Below are positions 23,315 through 36,913 of a stretch of DNA of 64,000 nucleotides, in pieces (positions within the stretch are counted from its first letter, which is position 1; every line of letters begins with the position of its first letter). The translations under genes were made by a program, and so were the position numbers. The stretch comes from Chrysomallon squamiferum. Its lineage: Eukaryota; Animalia; Mollusca. The stretch lies in the NCBI GenBank assembly GCA_012295275.1, contig CM022677.1, forward strand, positions 11,222,001-11,286,000, written 5' to 3'. The notes below the pieces were generated by a model. It worked only from the letters and a program-made list of their open reading frames with translations, had not been told where the DNA came from and made no database searches.

Positions 23315-24717
23315 TCAATGTTTGAACCTGTTCTATCAGTTCTCTTATCAGTATCAAAGTGGAAACTAATCAAATGAAGGGTATATTTCACCTTTTCGGA
23401 CGACTTCTCCTGGTGTGCTGAAATGTTAAATAAAAACATGTGAAAGTAAATACAACAAACAGGAAAGTAAAAAAGATATGTACTTAAGAGAAAAAAGAGT
23501 GTGGCTGACTAGATTGATTTCGATGCCTATATTAATGTTCATAAATTGATAGATTTGATTAGTTTTGATTAGTTAAATAGAAAAAAAGTAGAAACATCTA
23601 GCAAAAAAAAAAAAAAAAAAAAGAAGTAAACCAGAAATAAATAAATCACACTTCACGTTCACAAGCAGGTACCTGCATTGTCTCTTGTATTGTTTTCCGT
23701 ATTTCCTAATTGCTTGTAAAGCAATGAAACGCATTTGATAAAAAAGCTATTAAAATAAGCTATAGTTTTCTTCAAAACAATTGCGTTTTTCAGCCATTGA
23801 CTTCAGTGTAAAAATGACGAAACAATTTTCAACAAAAGATTTCCAGTGAGGTAGAAGATCGGCGGGAAATATAAATATGTCGACTAGACATATCTCTTGA
23901 AAAAAGATCAAACCCAACGGTAGGCCTATAATTCCCACATTTCTAACTACTGCCAATGTTTTGCACGCACACGCACAGTCATATACAAATACTGTTTTAA
24001 GAAAGATTTATGTATATATACACAGATCATGATCATAATATCTGTATGTCAAATCAGTGAAAAGGTAGTACAATAATTCTTCTAGTACTTCAAATAGTAT
24101 ATTATTTGTTTTGAGATACTACTGCAGCTGTTATTTAAGAAGCTTTACAAGACAACTTAGAAATGTAATAGATCCGTAATTATCCGCATCATTTTTAATC
24201 AGCCTTAGAAAAAGAATGGGAATTAGTGAATGCAAAATGGGCTATAGACATAGAGATTTCAGCAGTTGTTATCTACATCAAAATATCCACACACACACAT
24301 TATTTATATATGTGATTGTTTTTTTATGTGTTTATGCATATACTTAGAATTAGAAAACGCGTTGGCTTAAGAATTTTATTGTCAAAAATAATCATTTTCT
24401 AATTTCATTCGAATTTAAGTCCAATTCGCTAGTTTTCCACTGTTTTTCACTAAACATTTATTCATCTGCATACAACTTTTTAAAATTGAAAACAGAAGCA
24501 TTCGGGATTGTACAGAAATAAACTTCTAGAACAATGCATTTATAAATGTTTTTGAAACATTTCAAAAACTGTTTACATAGCATCCTTTTTTCTTCTCTTT
24601 TTTTTTATTTGTAAATAAAAGTGTAACCTCTCAAAACATTATTTTACAAACACACTACCGTACTGGCTGCCACACCATCATATTTTGTATTTTATTTTGT
24701 ATAAACAAAAATGCATG

Positions 24718-25948
24718 TCGCCAAATATAACAATATCCTTATTAAATCTGCTTTTTTTTCTAACAAAAAGTTCGCATCATTGAATGATGTTGTATTGAAT
24801 GTTCTGTTACAGTTGTCCCCCTTCGCAAAAGTGCAATTTTTTTATATTTTATATATATATACTAGTGGTAATATAGGCAATATAGATGAACATTATTAAT
24901 TAATTAATGTATTCATTTATCATCATCATCATCATTATTATTAGTAGTATTATTATATTATTATTATTACTATTATTATTATATTAATTATTAAAATAAA
25001 TCATGTAGACTGTCTAAAACATTTGTATGAGGATGTTTATGATCTACCTTTTAGTTTTTATTTTGTCTTGGAAGTGAACACCGTCCAATCTTTCTTAAAT
25101 TTAATTTTTTTTTTTAATGCAGTAAAATTTGTAATTCACTTGCTATAACATGAACAGAAGTTTAAATGTTTAACAACAAATGTAAAGAAATCTAACAAAG
25201 AGTTGAGAAATGGAAAAATGATCAGTTAATTTTACTTGAATTATTTCAGTAGCTGTTTTTATTTGTCACCAGTAATCTATGTTTAATTACAACGGGAAGG
25301 TCTACGTTGTTCAAGGCCGCCGAGAGACGTCATGTCCGTCTCTTTACAATAATCTCTTACGTCTACAAATGGTGCTGGGGATGGGTATTGAAATTACTTC
25401 TTAATTTTATTACACTGTACAAAAGAAGGTGCTGAAAGGTAAGATTGATGTTCATCAAACACAGAGACATACACAGATACAGAGACCAGGATGAATTACA
25501 TTTAGCTGTAAACTGACGGACATTCTGGATGCAGGGAAAGGAATCCGAGATGATTTGATGCATTTTTGTTCAACGGATAGCTAGACCAAACAAGAGATTA
25601 TAGATTAATAGGAAGATAGATATGTATGTAGATAGATAGAAAGATAGATAGATAGGTATAAAATGAAAAAGGTTGATATGACCGTGTCATAGTTTGTATT
25701 CAGTTAATAAAACAATTTATCAGTCTAATCTCGCGCCCACTCAACTTTTTCTTTACAGTTTTAGAAAAGATTAGTAATCTGTATGTTTCTCTATACACTT
25801 ACCTTCTGCTAAAAGCCGAAAACGTTATCAGGTGCAACATTAACGTCATAAATTATATTACACTACAGATTAAAATGATAATTTCAAGTAAGAACATAGA
25901 TTATAGAGGATACCTGTATTTTGAGAGTACTTTCAGTTTATTTTAATT

Positions 25949-25989
<41 letters not shown>

Positions 25990-28575
25990 TATAAGAAAAT
26001 AGAAGAAAACTTAAATGATATTCCATTATGAATACAAAGCTAACACGTTTATTTTGTAAAACGAGCGCAGTTTACACTACAAATCATATAACATCACATA
26101 ATTTAAAACAAGTAAAAATAAGGTGTCAATTTTACTTAAGGATAACGCTATTTGCACTGTTCATTTTACCACTGAGTTATAAAAATAAATTTTAAAAACG
26201 TGTGCACTATTTATGAAGTAGTTTATACGGGATTTTAGTTACATTGTGTTACACAGAACATTCAAAGTTAGAGAGTAGCGGTGACACCAACTGTGTACAT
26301 TGTAAGAGAAGTCCGCCGATATCTTGAATAACTATGAATATCCTTCCAGACTAGCTACATTTTTTCTCAGTTTAGAAAAAAAGTTAAGTGTCTGCACTAC
26401 AAGTCTAATTATAAATATATTTTGTGCTATAATAAAAAAAAGTATATATATTTAATTTCCGATGAAACCTATTTAAATCGATGGTAATAAAAAAAATTCT
26501 AATTTTGATAATGCCTGTGAAAGAAATATATACCTAATAAAAGTAGTTTAATAAACCTCAAAATGTTGATGAATTTTAGATTAATGAAATAAAACTTCCA
26601 TTTAAATTTGATGATATTAACTTTTATTAAGCAAATTTGACAGACTTCAACTCAGAGTTTTTATTTTTATTTTAGATAATCCTTTAAAAAAATAATAACA
26701 TTGTCTTAACAAAAACACCACGTTACTTTTGCTGAGTAACAAATTATTCTGACATGATATAGTAAACACAACATAAATTACGTTGAGAAATATCACATTA
26801 ATATCACAGTTGCTAATGAATTAACATTTTTATCTGGTTGCGATATTTTATTCCTGAATATTCACTGTACTTCTCAACTAGAAATATCAAGATGAATATC
26901 ACTTCATATATAATAAATTATTTACTAATATTTAACAGAGAAACCTCAGCTTTTCAATACACACCTGTCTACAAAAAGAAAATCAATATTTAATTATCAT
27001 TTGAGATGCAACTAAAAACCAATGCTGATTTTGATAGTAACAGAGCAATTAGGAATTTGGAAACCTTCTTTATTTCTAAATTTTTCAACTATCCTTCGTG
27101 AATGAGATGATATTCAGTTAGTTATACGACAAAACACTGAAAATTACAGGTATGATTTCACTGTGAACGTTCAGAAATATAGATAGAACTTCCGTGTTGT
27201 AATTTTTTAAAATAATAGTAGCTTTGTATGTGACGTCAAAATATATCGAGAACATTGTGCAACTAAATTCAAATACCGCTTCTAAATGTCCGTTTTAGTA
27301 AAAGTAACGTGATATTTTACTTTGCTAATTCGAAATCATATAATAGAAAGGTGTAATTTTACTGTACGTGGAACTTAAATATTATGTACACTACAGAAAA
27401 TAACCACAGTTAATATAGTAGACATTACTAACAATTATAAATAATAATTATACATGGCGTTATGAAAATAAGCGGTTTAATTACTTATAAAAAAAAAAAT
27501 GAAAATTAATTATGAGCAATGATATTTACAGTTTGAAGGTTAATTATGTTGAGAAATGTTATTTTATTAATTATCGTATATTTATATCAGGTTATATTGA
27601 AAAATATCTGAATTAATTCCCTGGAATCACGACAGTTTGTACTGATTAGATGAGAAAAAGAAGGTGAACATGTCATTTTATTATGCGAAGTTTATTTTTT
27701 TCATTACATTCATTACAAGGTGTACATCAGCGCAAGTTGTATAGTGTAATATATTTTACATTTCTTATTATACCTTATTATTATTAGATATTGAAATAAC
27801 CACTCCACCAGTAAGTATCAATGAGTCAATGAAGCAGACACCATATCCTGCCTTTGTCAACAGCTAAATAACAACAACAACAACAACAACAATAATAACA
27901 CCTTAATATTTTTATTTTTTATTTTGTTTTTATTTTTCTGTAAAAACAGAAGGTTCCTACATATGTCTGACGCTATTCTCTTAGTTTCATTAGAACTGTT
28001 CTGAGTGCGGATATAAAAATTACTTCGAATTTTTTATTAGGCCTCGTAAAGTTATCAGAGAAATCAGATTTATTCTTAGTGTATTGTTTCTGTCGAGATA
28101 AAAAATAAATACTTCTTTTTTAAAAAAGTATATAATAATGATAATAATGATTTATTTATAATGTAATTACATGAGAAATCGTGAACTTTTCGTAAAGCCA
28201 CAGTTAACTAAAAATTATTGCTGTTTACACTGATAATGTTACCCATCGATAACAAAATAAGACACAAGTTTTGAAACGTATTAGTTTTATGAGAAATTAA
28301 AATTACATTAATTAGAGATTATCAGTTATATTATTGAATAAACATGGAATTTCATTCTAGATTAACTTACTTTTCTTAGTGTTTAAAAAAAATCTGATAT
28401 ATTCTTAATTACATAATTTGGTAAATTTGAATTTTAGATTTATCATGTAATTTCATGTAGGGAGAGATGTAAATTGTGTCGCGGAATGTCATGTTACTCC
28501 TGTCATAAAACAAAGTATCACATTGTGACACTGAAAGGTGCACAATTAATTTTCAGTAATATCAATACAATAGTA
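24718..28575 (+). repeat. Segmental duplication block C, copy 1 (paralog about 42602-46696)
   Basis: Colinear from tcgccaaatataac.atatccttattaaatctgc to gacactgaaaggtgcaca.ttaattttcagtaatatca.tacaata.ta. Confidence 0.95.
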
Positions 28576-29390
28576 CAGTGGTTCTCAACTTTTGTTTTGT
28601 CAGTGGCACACCTTAGAACACATGAAAAAATAGCGGCACACCTGCAGTGTTTTGAATTTCGTCAGTCAAATAGCTGGCTTCTTTAGTGAGAAATTTGTGT
28701 CTGGCTTTTTTTCATAATTTCCTCAATGTTTGGTCGAATATGAGACGGACACACCCTCATTTCTGCTTTCGTTGTAGTAATCTCTCGTGCTTCATGTTTT
28801 TGATGTTGCCTAATTCACATATATAAGGAGTTGAAAATTGTAATAAAATTGCTAAAACTCTTTTACATAATATGGGATACACCTCTTGTATTGAAATCCA
28901 AAATTAATCAATGGGCAGAGTCGAATGTTTTAATTTTAAGGTCATTAGAAAGGGCGGCCAATTCGTCTTCTTCCTGTAACTCAAGTTCAATGTGGGAAGA
29001 ATGATTTATGAAAGGATCTCTAATCCAATCATACTTTTCTCTCTTTAATGATGGAAATTTATTGTTGATGCTTTCGTCCAGGGCTGTCAGATGAGTAAAC
29101 ACAATAGGGATCACTTCTCTAATGCAGGTAGAACGCAGTAAAGGGAACATATAAAGGTGGACAGTGATTGCTCTTTTTTTCCCCAAATCACTATTTTCTT
29201 TTTGAGGGCAACTAACTTGTCTGTTGAAGTGAGAATATTTTCGTTTTTACCTTGCATTCTACTGTTTGTTTTATTTTGGGATCACGTGGTTTTTCGCATT
29301 TTCTTAGTGTGCCGTTCAAAATTTTGCGGCACGCATAGGAAGATCTCGTGGCACATCTGTGCGCCGCAGCACACTGGTTTAGAATCACTG
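28576..29390 (-). mobile_element. Internally deleted hAT (Buster/Charlie-type) DNA transposon
   Basis: Ends CAGTGGTTCTCAAC... and ...GGTTTAGAATCACTG form an imperfect TIR. The minus strand encodes a transposase C-terminal remnant (WIRDPF, FWISIQEVYPILCKRVLAILLQFSTPYMCE) resembling the hAT dimerisation domain. Confidence 0.88.
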
Positions 29391-29974
29391 AATTAATGTT
29401 ATACTAATCATGTTATAAGGCAGAATATTGATAAACATTACTTACACCTCAAAGTATTTGTGTAAACTGTTTAACAAATATAAATTGATTGACAAGATAA
29501 ATATATGTAATTATTTAAAATCATATTACAAAAATCATTTTTAAAATCTCTAATAATGCTTGCAGGAGGCACTGGATTGGAAAATGGATGAAAAACAAAT
29601 AAAAAATAAATAAAGAAATGCATAGCTTAATTTATGTGTTTGTTGTGTATGTGTGTTTTTGTATGCAAATGTGTGCACCAACACACACCAATGTAAACAC
29701 ACATCCATGGATTCATATATATTTTATTTATACTCGTCAATATTCAGTCGATTTTCAGAAGCTTACCTCTATCAGACATGTGTAAGTGCATGTGAATGTG
29801 TGTATGTGTGTGTGTATGCACGGATAGATAGATAGATAGATCAGATAGATCCTGAAGTCACTATCAGTAATTGCAATATATGATCACTAGATAAGTTTCT
29901 ATATTTTCAGTCAGTAAACAAAAACAATGTTACTTTTTTAAATATTTAATTATCAGTTTAATCTTAAAAGCCCC

Positions 29975-32640
29975 TAGTGCCTGTACAAACTTCAGCCTGT
30001 GTTTATCAGTAGCTCCACCCATATGCAGGACAGACAGTCGGTGTGTGGGTGACTAGGGCAGGGGGGTGGATAGGATAAAAACGGGTGAGCCAGGGGAAAG
30101 TCTGCCAGGGGAAAGTGTTCTCACCCATTTTTATCTCTCCGCCCCCTGCACACCGACTCTGTGCCCCCCTCAGACAGATTGTGAAGGTACAGAACCAAGT
30201 TGAAACTTTAAAACGATCGAATCTCGGCATTTTTCGAGGTTCCATTTATCCCATATGGATAATTAGCGTAGTAAGCTTAGTGAGTACATCTCACGTAAGG
30301 CTGAAGTTCCGAGCACATATCACTAAAGGGAGATAACTCTAATCGATATAATTTTTACTTTATTTAGTGAGTACATGCCACGTAAGGGAGATAACTGTAA
30401 TGGATACAATTTTCACTTTACTTAGTGAGTACATCTCACATAAGGGACATAACTCTAATCTATGTTTGTGAACACATATCACTAAAGGGAGATAAGTCTA
30501 ATCGATATAATTTTAAATTTGTTTACTGAGTACATCTCATGTAAGGGACCTAACTCTATTCTATGTTTGTGAGCACATGTCACTAAACTGTAATCAATAT
30601 AGCCTTTACTTCGCCGAGTAAACTCCTCCCACCTCTGGTGACACATCACGGGGTGTGACCCATGTTATATATAAAGAAAGTTATGTTTCCACAATAGATG
30701 AATCTGGAATCGGAAAGTACTGCTGATGTCTCCAAAAACGCTGAGATTCAATCCCACGATCTCACACACATGAACATGCTTACAAGAAACATTACTGGTT
30801 TCAACTTGGTTCTGTACCTTCACAAGCTGTGTCAGGGTGGGGTACTAGGGCAGGGGGGCAGGGGCCATGCGTTTTTATTAAACTATTTTTTGTATTGTTC
30901 TGCTGTTACAATCTTCTATTATGTGAATAATGTTTTTATTAGAATTATTTTTTCTTACCTTCGCTGAATAATTAAATAGCATTTCTTTAGCACTTAACTA
31001 AATGAATTAAATGATACAGAAATCTAAATTAGAAACTACATCATTATTCTTTTTTATTTCATTTTTCAAGATAACTCTAATCGATATAATTTTTACTTTA
31101 TTTAGTGAGTACATCTCACGTAAGGGAGATAACTCTAATCGATATAATTTCCACTTTGCTTAGTGAGTACATCTCACGATGTCACACATATGAACATGCT
31201 TACAACAAACATTAAAGTTTCAATTTGTTTCAGTACCTTCACAAGCTGTGAGGGTGAGGTACTAGGGCAGGGGGGTAGGGGCCATGCGTTTTTATTTCTT
31301 AAACTATTTTTTTTTATTATTGTTCTGCTGTTACTATCTTCTATATTGAATATCGTTTTCATGTTAAAGGGAGATAAATCTATAGAGGAATATGTTCGTT
31401 TTAACCTGAATAATCAAGGAGAAAAATGTAACAAAGGGGACATAACTCTATATAGGAATATGTTCGTTTTAACCTGAATAATCAAGAAGAAAAATGTACC
31501 AAAGGGGACATAACTCTATCCCAGAGGATATTCGTTTTAATGTTAAAGGGAGATAACTCTATATAGGAATATGTTCGTTTTAACCTGAATAATCAAGGAG
31601 AAAATGTAACAAAGGGGACATAACTCTATATAGGAATATGTTCGTTTTAACCTGAATAATCACGAAGAAAAATGTACCAAAGGGTACATAACTCTATCCG
31701 AGGTTATTCGTTTTCATGTTAAAGGGAGATAACTCTATATAGGAATATGTTCGGTTTAACCTGAATAATCAAGGAGAAAAATGTAACAAAGGGGACATAA
31801 CTCTATATAGGAATATGTTCATTTTAACCTGAATAAACACGAAGGAAAATGTACCAAAGGGGACATAACTCTATCCGAGGTTATTCGTTTTCATGTTAAA
31901 GGGAGATAAATCTATATAGGAATATGTTCGTTTTAACCTGAATAATCACGAAGGAAAATGTACCAAAGGGGACATAACTCTATCCGAGGTTATTCGTTTT
32001 CATGTTAAAGGGAGATAAATCTATATAGGAATATGTTCGTTTTAACCTGAATAATCAAGGAGAAAAATGTAAAAAAGTGGACATAACTCTATCCGAGAGG
32101 TTATTCGTTTCCATGTGAAAGGGAGATAACTCTATATAGGAATATGCAAGAATTGTGTTCTACAGTATAGTTTTGTCCGATGGTAAAAGGAGAAAGAAAT
32201 GAATATTTGTTATATTGAATAAAATAGTTCTCAATAATAGTTACCAGCGAATATATTCAGAAATAGTTATTTCTCTTTAATATGAAAACGAATACTTTCT
32301 CGGATGGAGTTATCTCCCCTTTCTTACATTAAAAAAGGGTTTATCAGAATTACTTGATATGAAATCAATTTGTGGAAATATGTGAATAGAAGATTCATCA
32401 AAGTTTGTGAAAATATTTAATGTAATAAAAAATGTATTATTAATTCATTATGCCACTATTTGTTATTTTTCGTTTAATATTATTATCAAAATTATCAAAC
32501 AATTATTTAATAATTTAATATATATTCTTGAAATATAATTTCATATCATTTCTTTAGCACTTAACTAAATGAATTAAATGAAACAGAAATCTAAATTACA
32601 AAATACATCATAATTTGTTTTGTATTTACTTTTTCAAAAT
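29975..32640. repeat. Composite repeat element built on an AAGGGAGATAACTCT core
   Basis: About 60-bp units ttagtgagtacatctcacgtaagggagataactctaatcgatataatttt at 30277-30610 and 31068-31178. Direct duplicates 30755-30920/31175-31345 and 30980-31068/32548-32636. Inverted pair 30179-30207/30798-30825. Confidence 0.8.
31361..32146. repeat. Higher-order minisatellite of 42- and 66-bp-class subunits sharing aaaggg(ag/gac)ataactctat
   Basis: Near-identical repeats of ataactctatataggaatatgttcgttttaacctgaataatca.gga.aaaaatgta.caaagggg interleaved with ccgaggttattcgttttcatgttaaaggg. Confidence 0.92.
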
Positions 32641-32766
32641 TTGTCTTGTTGTTGTTAATGTTGTTATCCATTATCATCGTTATATTCATTCCTATTAATA
32701 ATGGACAACAGTTATTTCCCTTAGACTACTTTGTCTATGAAATTGACTAATTATTATTATTATTAT

Positions 32767-32801
<35 letters not shown>

Positions 32802-33369
32802 TCTCTATTTGTGCATTCTTAGTTTATTTCATATATTTAAAATGTTTCTTTACTAAAAACTTAATATTTATTCATTCATAAGAATTTAAATTTATTACGA
32901 CATTCCATTTTGATACGTGAAAATTTGTATATATTATTTATTATGATTAGAGAAAGAGAGATTTGGGTTTCACTACGACTAAGATTGTACGTTTTCCTGA
33001 AAATTTCATTTCACTGTAAAAATGTAGCATAAATATTTCAATTACATATAAATACTTTTTTTCTGCCATTTCATACTGACACATTCAAAATTTCAGATAT
33101 AATGATTTCTAGAGCGCGGAATGTAACATCAATTCAGGTGTTTAAAAGTGTAATTAAGTGTGTTTGTGTGTGTGTCATCTTTCTTTCATTTTTGTTTGTT
33201 TTTATTTTTGTTTTTGATATTATTGCTAACACTGTTATTTTTTTTACTGTGGTACATAATTATTACTATTTTTATTATTGTTATTATTGCTAATATTGGT
33301 GTTATAGCTGTTGCTTTTGCTGTTGGTTAATTTTGCTTTAGGCAGAATTGATAAGTTTGTATGGAGAGA

Positions 33370-34352
33370 AGAAAGCGAGTTACAGAGAGAGTAAGAGAGA
33401 AAAACACAGAGAAAAACACACGGAGAGAGATACAGACAGACAGACAGATAGGCAGAGAAAGAGAGACAGAGACACAGAGAGAGTGTCAGAGAGACAGAAA
33501 ATGTGAGTCAGAGAGACATAGAGTCAGAGAGACAGAGAGAAATACAGTGAGAGACACAGAGAGATAAAGAGAGAGAGAGAGGGAGAAAGAGACAGGGACA
33601 TGGGGAGACAGAGGCATAGGGAGACAAAGAGAGATAGAGAGATAGAGACAGGGAGAGAGTCAGACAGAGAGAGATAGCAGAGAGAAAAAGAGAGATTCAG
33701 AGAGAGACATAGAGATATAGAGAGAGACCGAGTCAGAGAGTGGAACAGAGAGACAGAGATAGACAGAGAGAGAAAGAGAGATTCTGAGAGAGACAGAGAC
33801 AGAGGGAGAAAGAGAGATTCAGAGAGAGACAGAGAGATATAGAGAGAGACCGAGACAGAGAGAGAACAGAGAGACAGAGATAGACAGAGAGATATAGAGA
33901 GAGACCGAGTCAGAGAGAACAGGAGAGAGAGAGACAGAGACAGAGAGAGAAAGAGAGATTCAGAGAGAGACAGAGACAGAGAGAGAAAGAGAGATTCAGA
34001 GAGAGACAGAGAGATATAGAGAGAGACCGAGAAAGAAAGACTGAGAGAGACAGAGTCAGAGAGTGGAAGAGAGATTCTGAGAGACAGAGACAGAGGGAGA
34101 AAGAGAGATTCAGAGAGAGACAGAGAGATATAGAGAGAGACCGAGTCAGAGAGTGGAACAGAGAGACAGAGATAGACAGAGAGAGAAAGAGAGAAAAGAG
34201 AGAGACAGTGATAGATGGAAAGAGAGACAGAGAGAGCAAGTCAGACAGAGAGAGATAGACACAGAGGCTGAGAGAGTCGCACAGACAGAGATAGACAGAG
34301 AAAGAGAGAAAAGAGACAGTGATAGAGAGAAAGAGAGAGACAGAGAGAAAGA
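33370..34352. repeat. Purine-rich (GA/GACA) low-complexity tract with higher-order units
   Basis: Recurring gagagattcagagagagacagagagatatagagagagaccgag blocks. Confidence 0.9.
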
Positions 34353-34354
34353 GA

Positions 34355-34993
34355 CTAACCATTAAGAAAATACTAACCATTAACCAAATACTAACCATTA
34401 CTAACATCCCCTACGTGTACTGAACCTCACCGTGGTGTATGTGTGGCAACATTTCCAAAGGGAATGGCTAATTAGTACTTTAATATAATAACATTATTTT
34501 GGTTAGATAGATAGACAGATAGATAGATTATGATAGATAAATAGAAATACCTACATACAGATATAGTTACTGAAGATAGATGAACAGATGGATACATAGG
34601 GTATTGCTACTTTTTCTGATTTTGAATACAGTGTCATTACTTTGAAAGCTCTCTCTATATACGGATAGACAGACAGGCCAACAGAGCATAGACAGAAGTG
34701 TAAGTACTTAAGAATAAGTTATGACATATTAAATATCTCACTCTGGCTTTCACTGTCCAAATTACTCATCTTTACTTACCTGCATGTTTCTATCTATCTA
34801 CCTGTCTATCTATATATTTGTTTTTTTTCATCATCAATTTCTCTGGCTATTTGTCTATCTATGTACCTGTCTGTTTGTTGATCAACCTGTGGTGTAGCTT
34901 AATCTTATTACCTGTCTAGCTAACCATTCATTCATCACTATATCCATTTACCTATCTATCCTCTATCTGTCTGTTTATAACTATATCTATCTA

Positions 34994-35033
<40 letters not shown>

Positions 35034-35329
35034 AATATATATATATATATATATATATGGAAAAATAATTTTTATTTCTATTACATTTTATTATTGTATC
35101 TGCAGGAAAGACAAGATTCTGGAATCAGCTTCAGTTACAAGAATAGGGAAAAACATTTAAACAGATGAGGTGTCTACTGATATGGAACAATTATTATTCA
35201 CAAAAGATGGATTTTTCTTTCCAAAGCAGTTTCCTAACCTGTCAATCTATTTTTAAAGCGATCAATACGTCTAACTATCTCTACATCAAGCTATCTTACC
35301 CTCTCAGTTACAAATAGCACAGTCTATTT

Positions 35330-35360
<31 letters not shown>

Positions 35361-36581
35361 TTACGTATCCACTCTATTTATATCATATTTAATTATTTAA
35401 ATACATTCTTTTTATCTATTTATCTGTCTATAAATATATTTATTTATCTATCTATTTATCCCATATACATAAGCAACAGATTTGGTCTTTCTTACAGCTG
35501 GGAGAGTATATACTGATGCCTCCTTGCATCTATCTAGCTTTCTTCTGTCTATCAATTTACCTCTCTATCCACCCTTTTTTACACATGCACACACACACAC
35601 ACACACATATATACTAATCATCTTTAAACACACAAATAAATTATCATTACTATACACATTATGTATGTGTGTGTATACATCTATATATATATATACAGAC
35701 ATACCCATTTCTTAACACACGTCTATCTATATGTCTGTCTGTCTGTCTACAAATCAATCTACCAAACTAGTAACATACCTACATATCAGTTTATCTCTCT
35801 AGCTTATACGTCCATTTTTGAATAACCATTTATCAATAATATGTCCAGCTCCCTGAATATCTAACTATATACTACTTCAAACCTCACTATCTTGCTGAAT
35901 GTCTGTCTATGTAATCTATCTGTATTTATTTCTGTGTGTGTATTTATACAAAGATAAATAGTTACATCTTTCTGTATTTATATATAATCTATATCTATTA
36001 TCTATATAATCTATCTGTATTTATCTCTGTGTGTGTATTTATATATATATATATATATATATAAATATATAGACAGAGATAAATAGTTACATCTTTCTGT
36101 ATTTATCTCTTTTTATCTATCTATATAATCTATCTGTATTTATTTCTATAGATGTATCTATATATATATATAAAATCTATTTGTATTATTTCTATATATC
36201 TATATATAATCTATCTGTATTTAACACTGGATATCTAGCTCGATCCAAACACAGATCCAATCCTCTCTGTCTTCTGTCTGTCTCTGTGTGTATTTATCTA
36301 TGTACATATATATGATCATATCCACTTTACCATCATACATGCTTGCACCTATCTTTCTATCTATCTTTGTGTCTATCTGTATATCCATCCATCAAACTCT
36401 AAGGAAATGCCTCCCTATATATATATTTCTCTATCCATCAATAACAATCCCTTGAATCACCTATTCATCTTCCTGACTATCTCCCTAAATTATTATAACT
36501 ACTTTTTATATCTATCTTCCTGTTTTTCTGTCCATTAATAACTCTAATTCACAATTCCCATATTTAGCTATCCTTAACAAT

Positions 36582-36612
<31 letters not shown>

Positions 36613-36881
36613 TCTGTGTCCACCTATCTATGTTTCTCTATATGTATATCTATGTACACAATTTCTCATTCTATCTACATAATCAACCTACCTAACAGTT
36701 TATATATCAATAACATCTATCAGTCATTTAAACATCTTCTTGTCTACATACCTTCAAACCTCCCTATAGTTCTGTATGTTTGCACACATATTTACTCAAT
36801 ATATTCACTCTTCAAAAAAGACAAGCAACTTTTCCTTCTATATACTATTCTCTCCTCCAGCTTACATACCTACACCTGTAG

Positions 36882-36913
<32 letters not shown>

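Noticed and set aside
33361-34407. ORFs in GA-rich DNA and other microsatellite-spanning ORFs (HTHT, LSLS, ERER, YYYY, IIII)
   Set aside because: They are translations of simple repeats.
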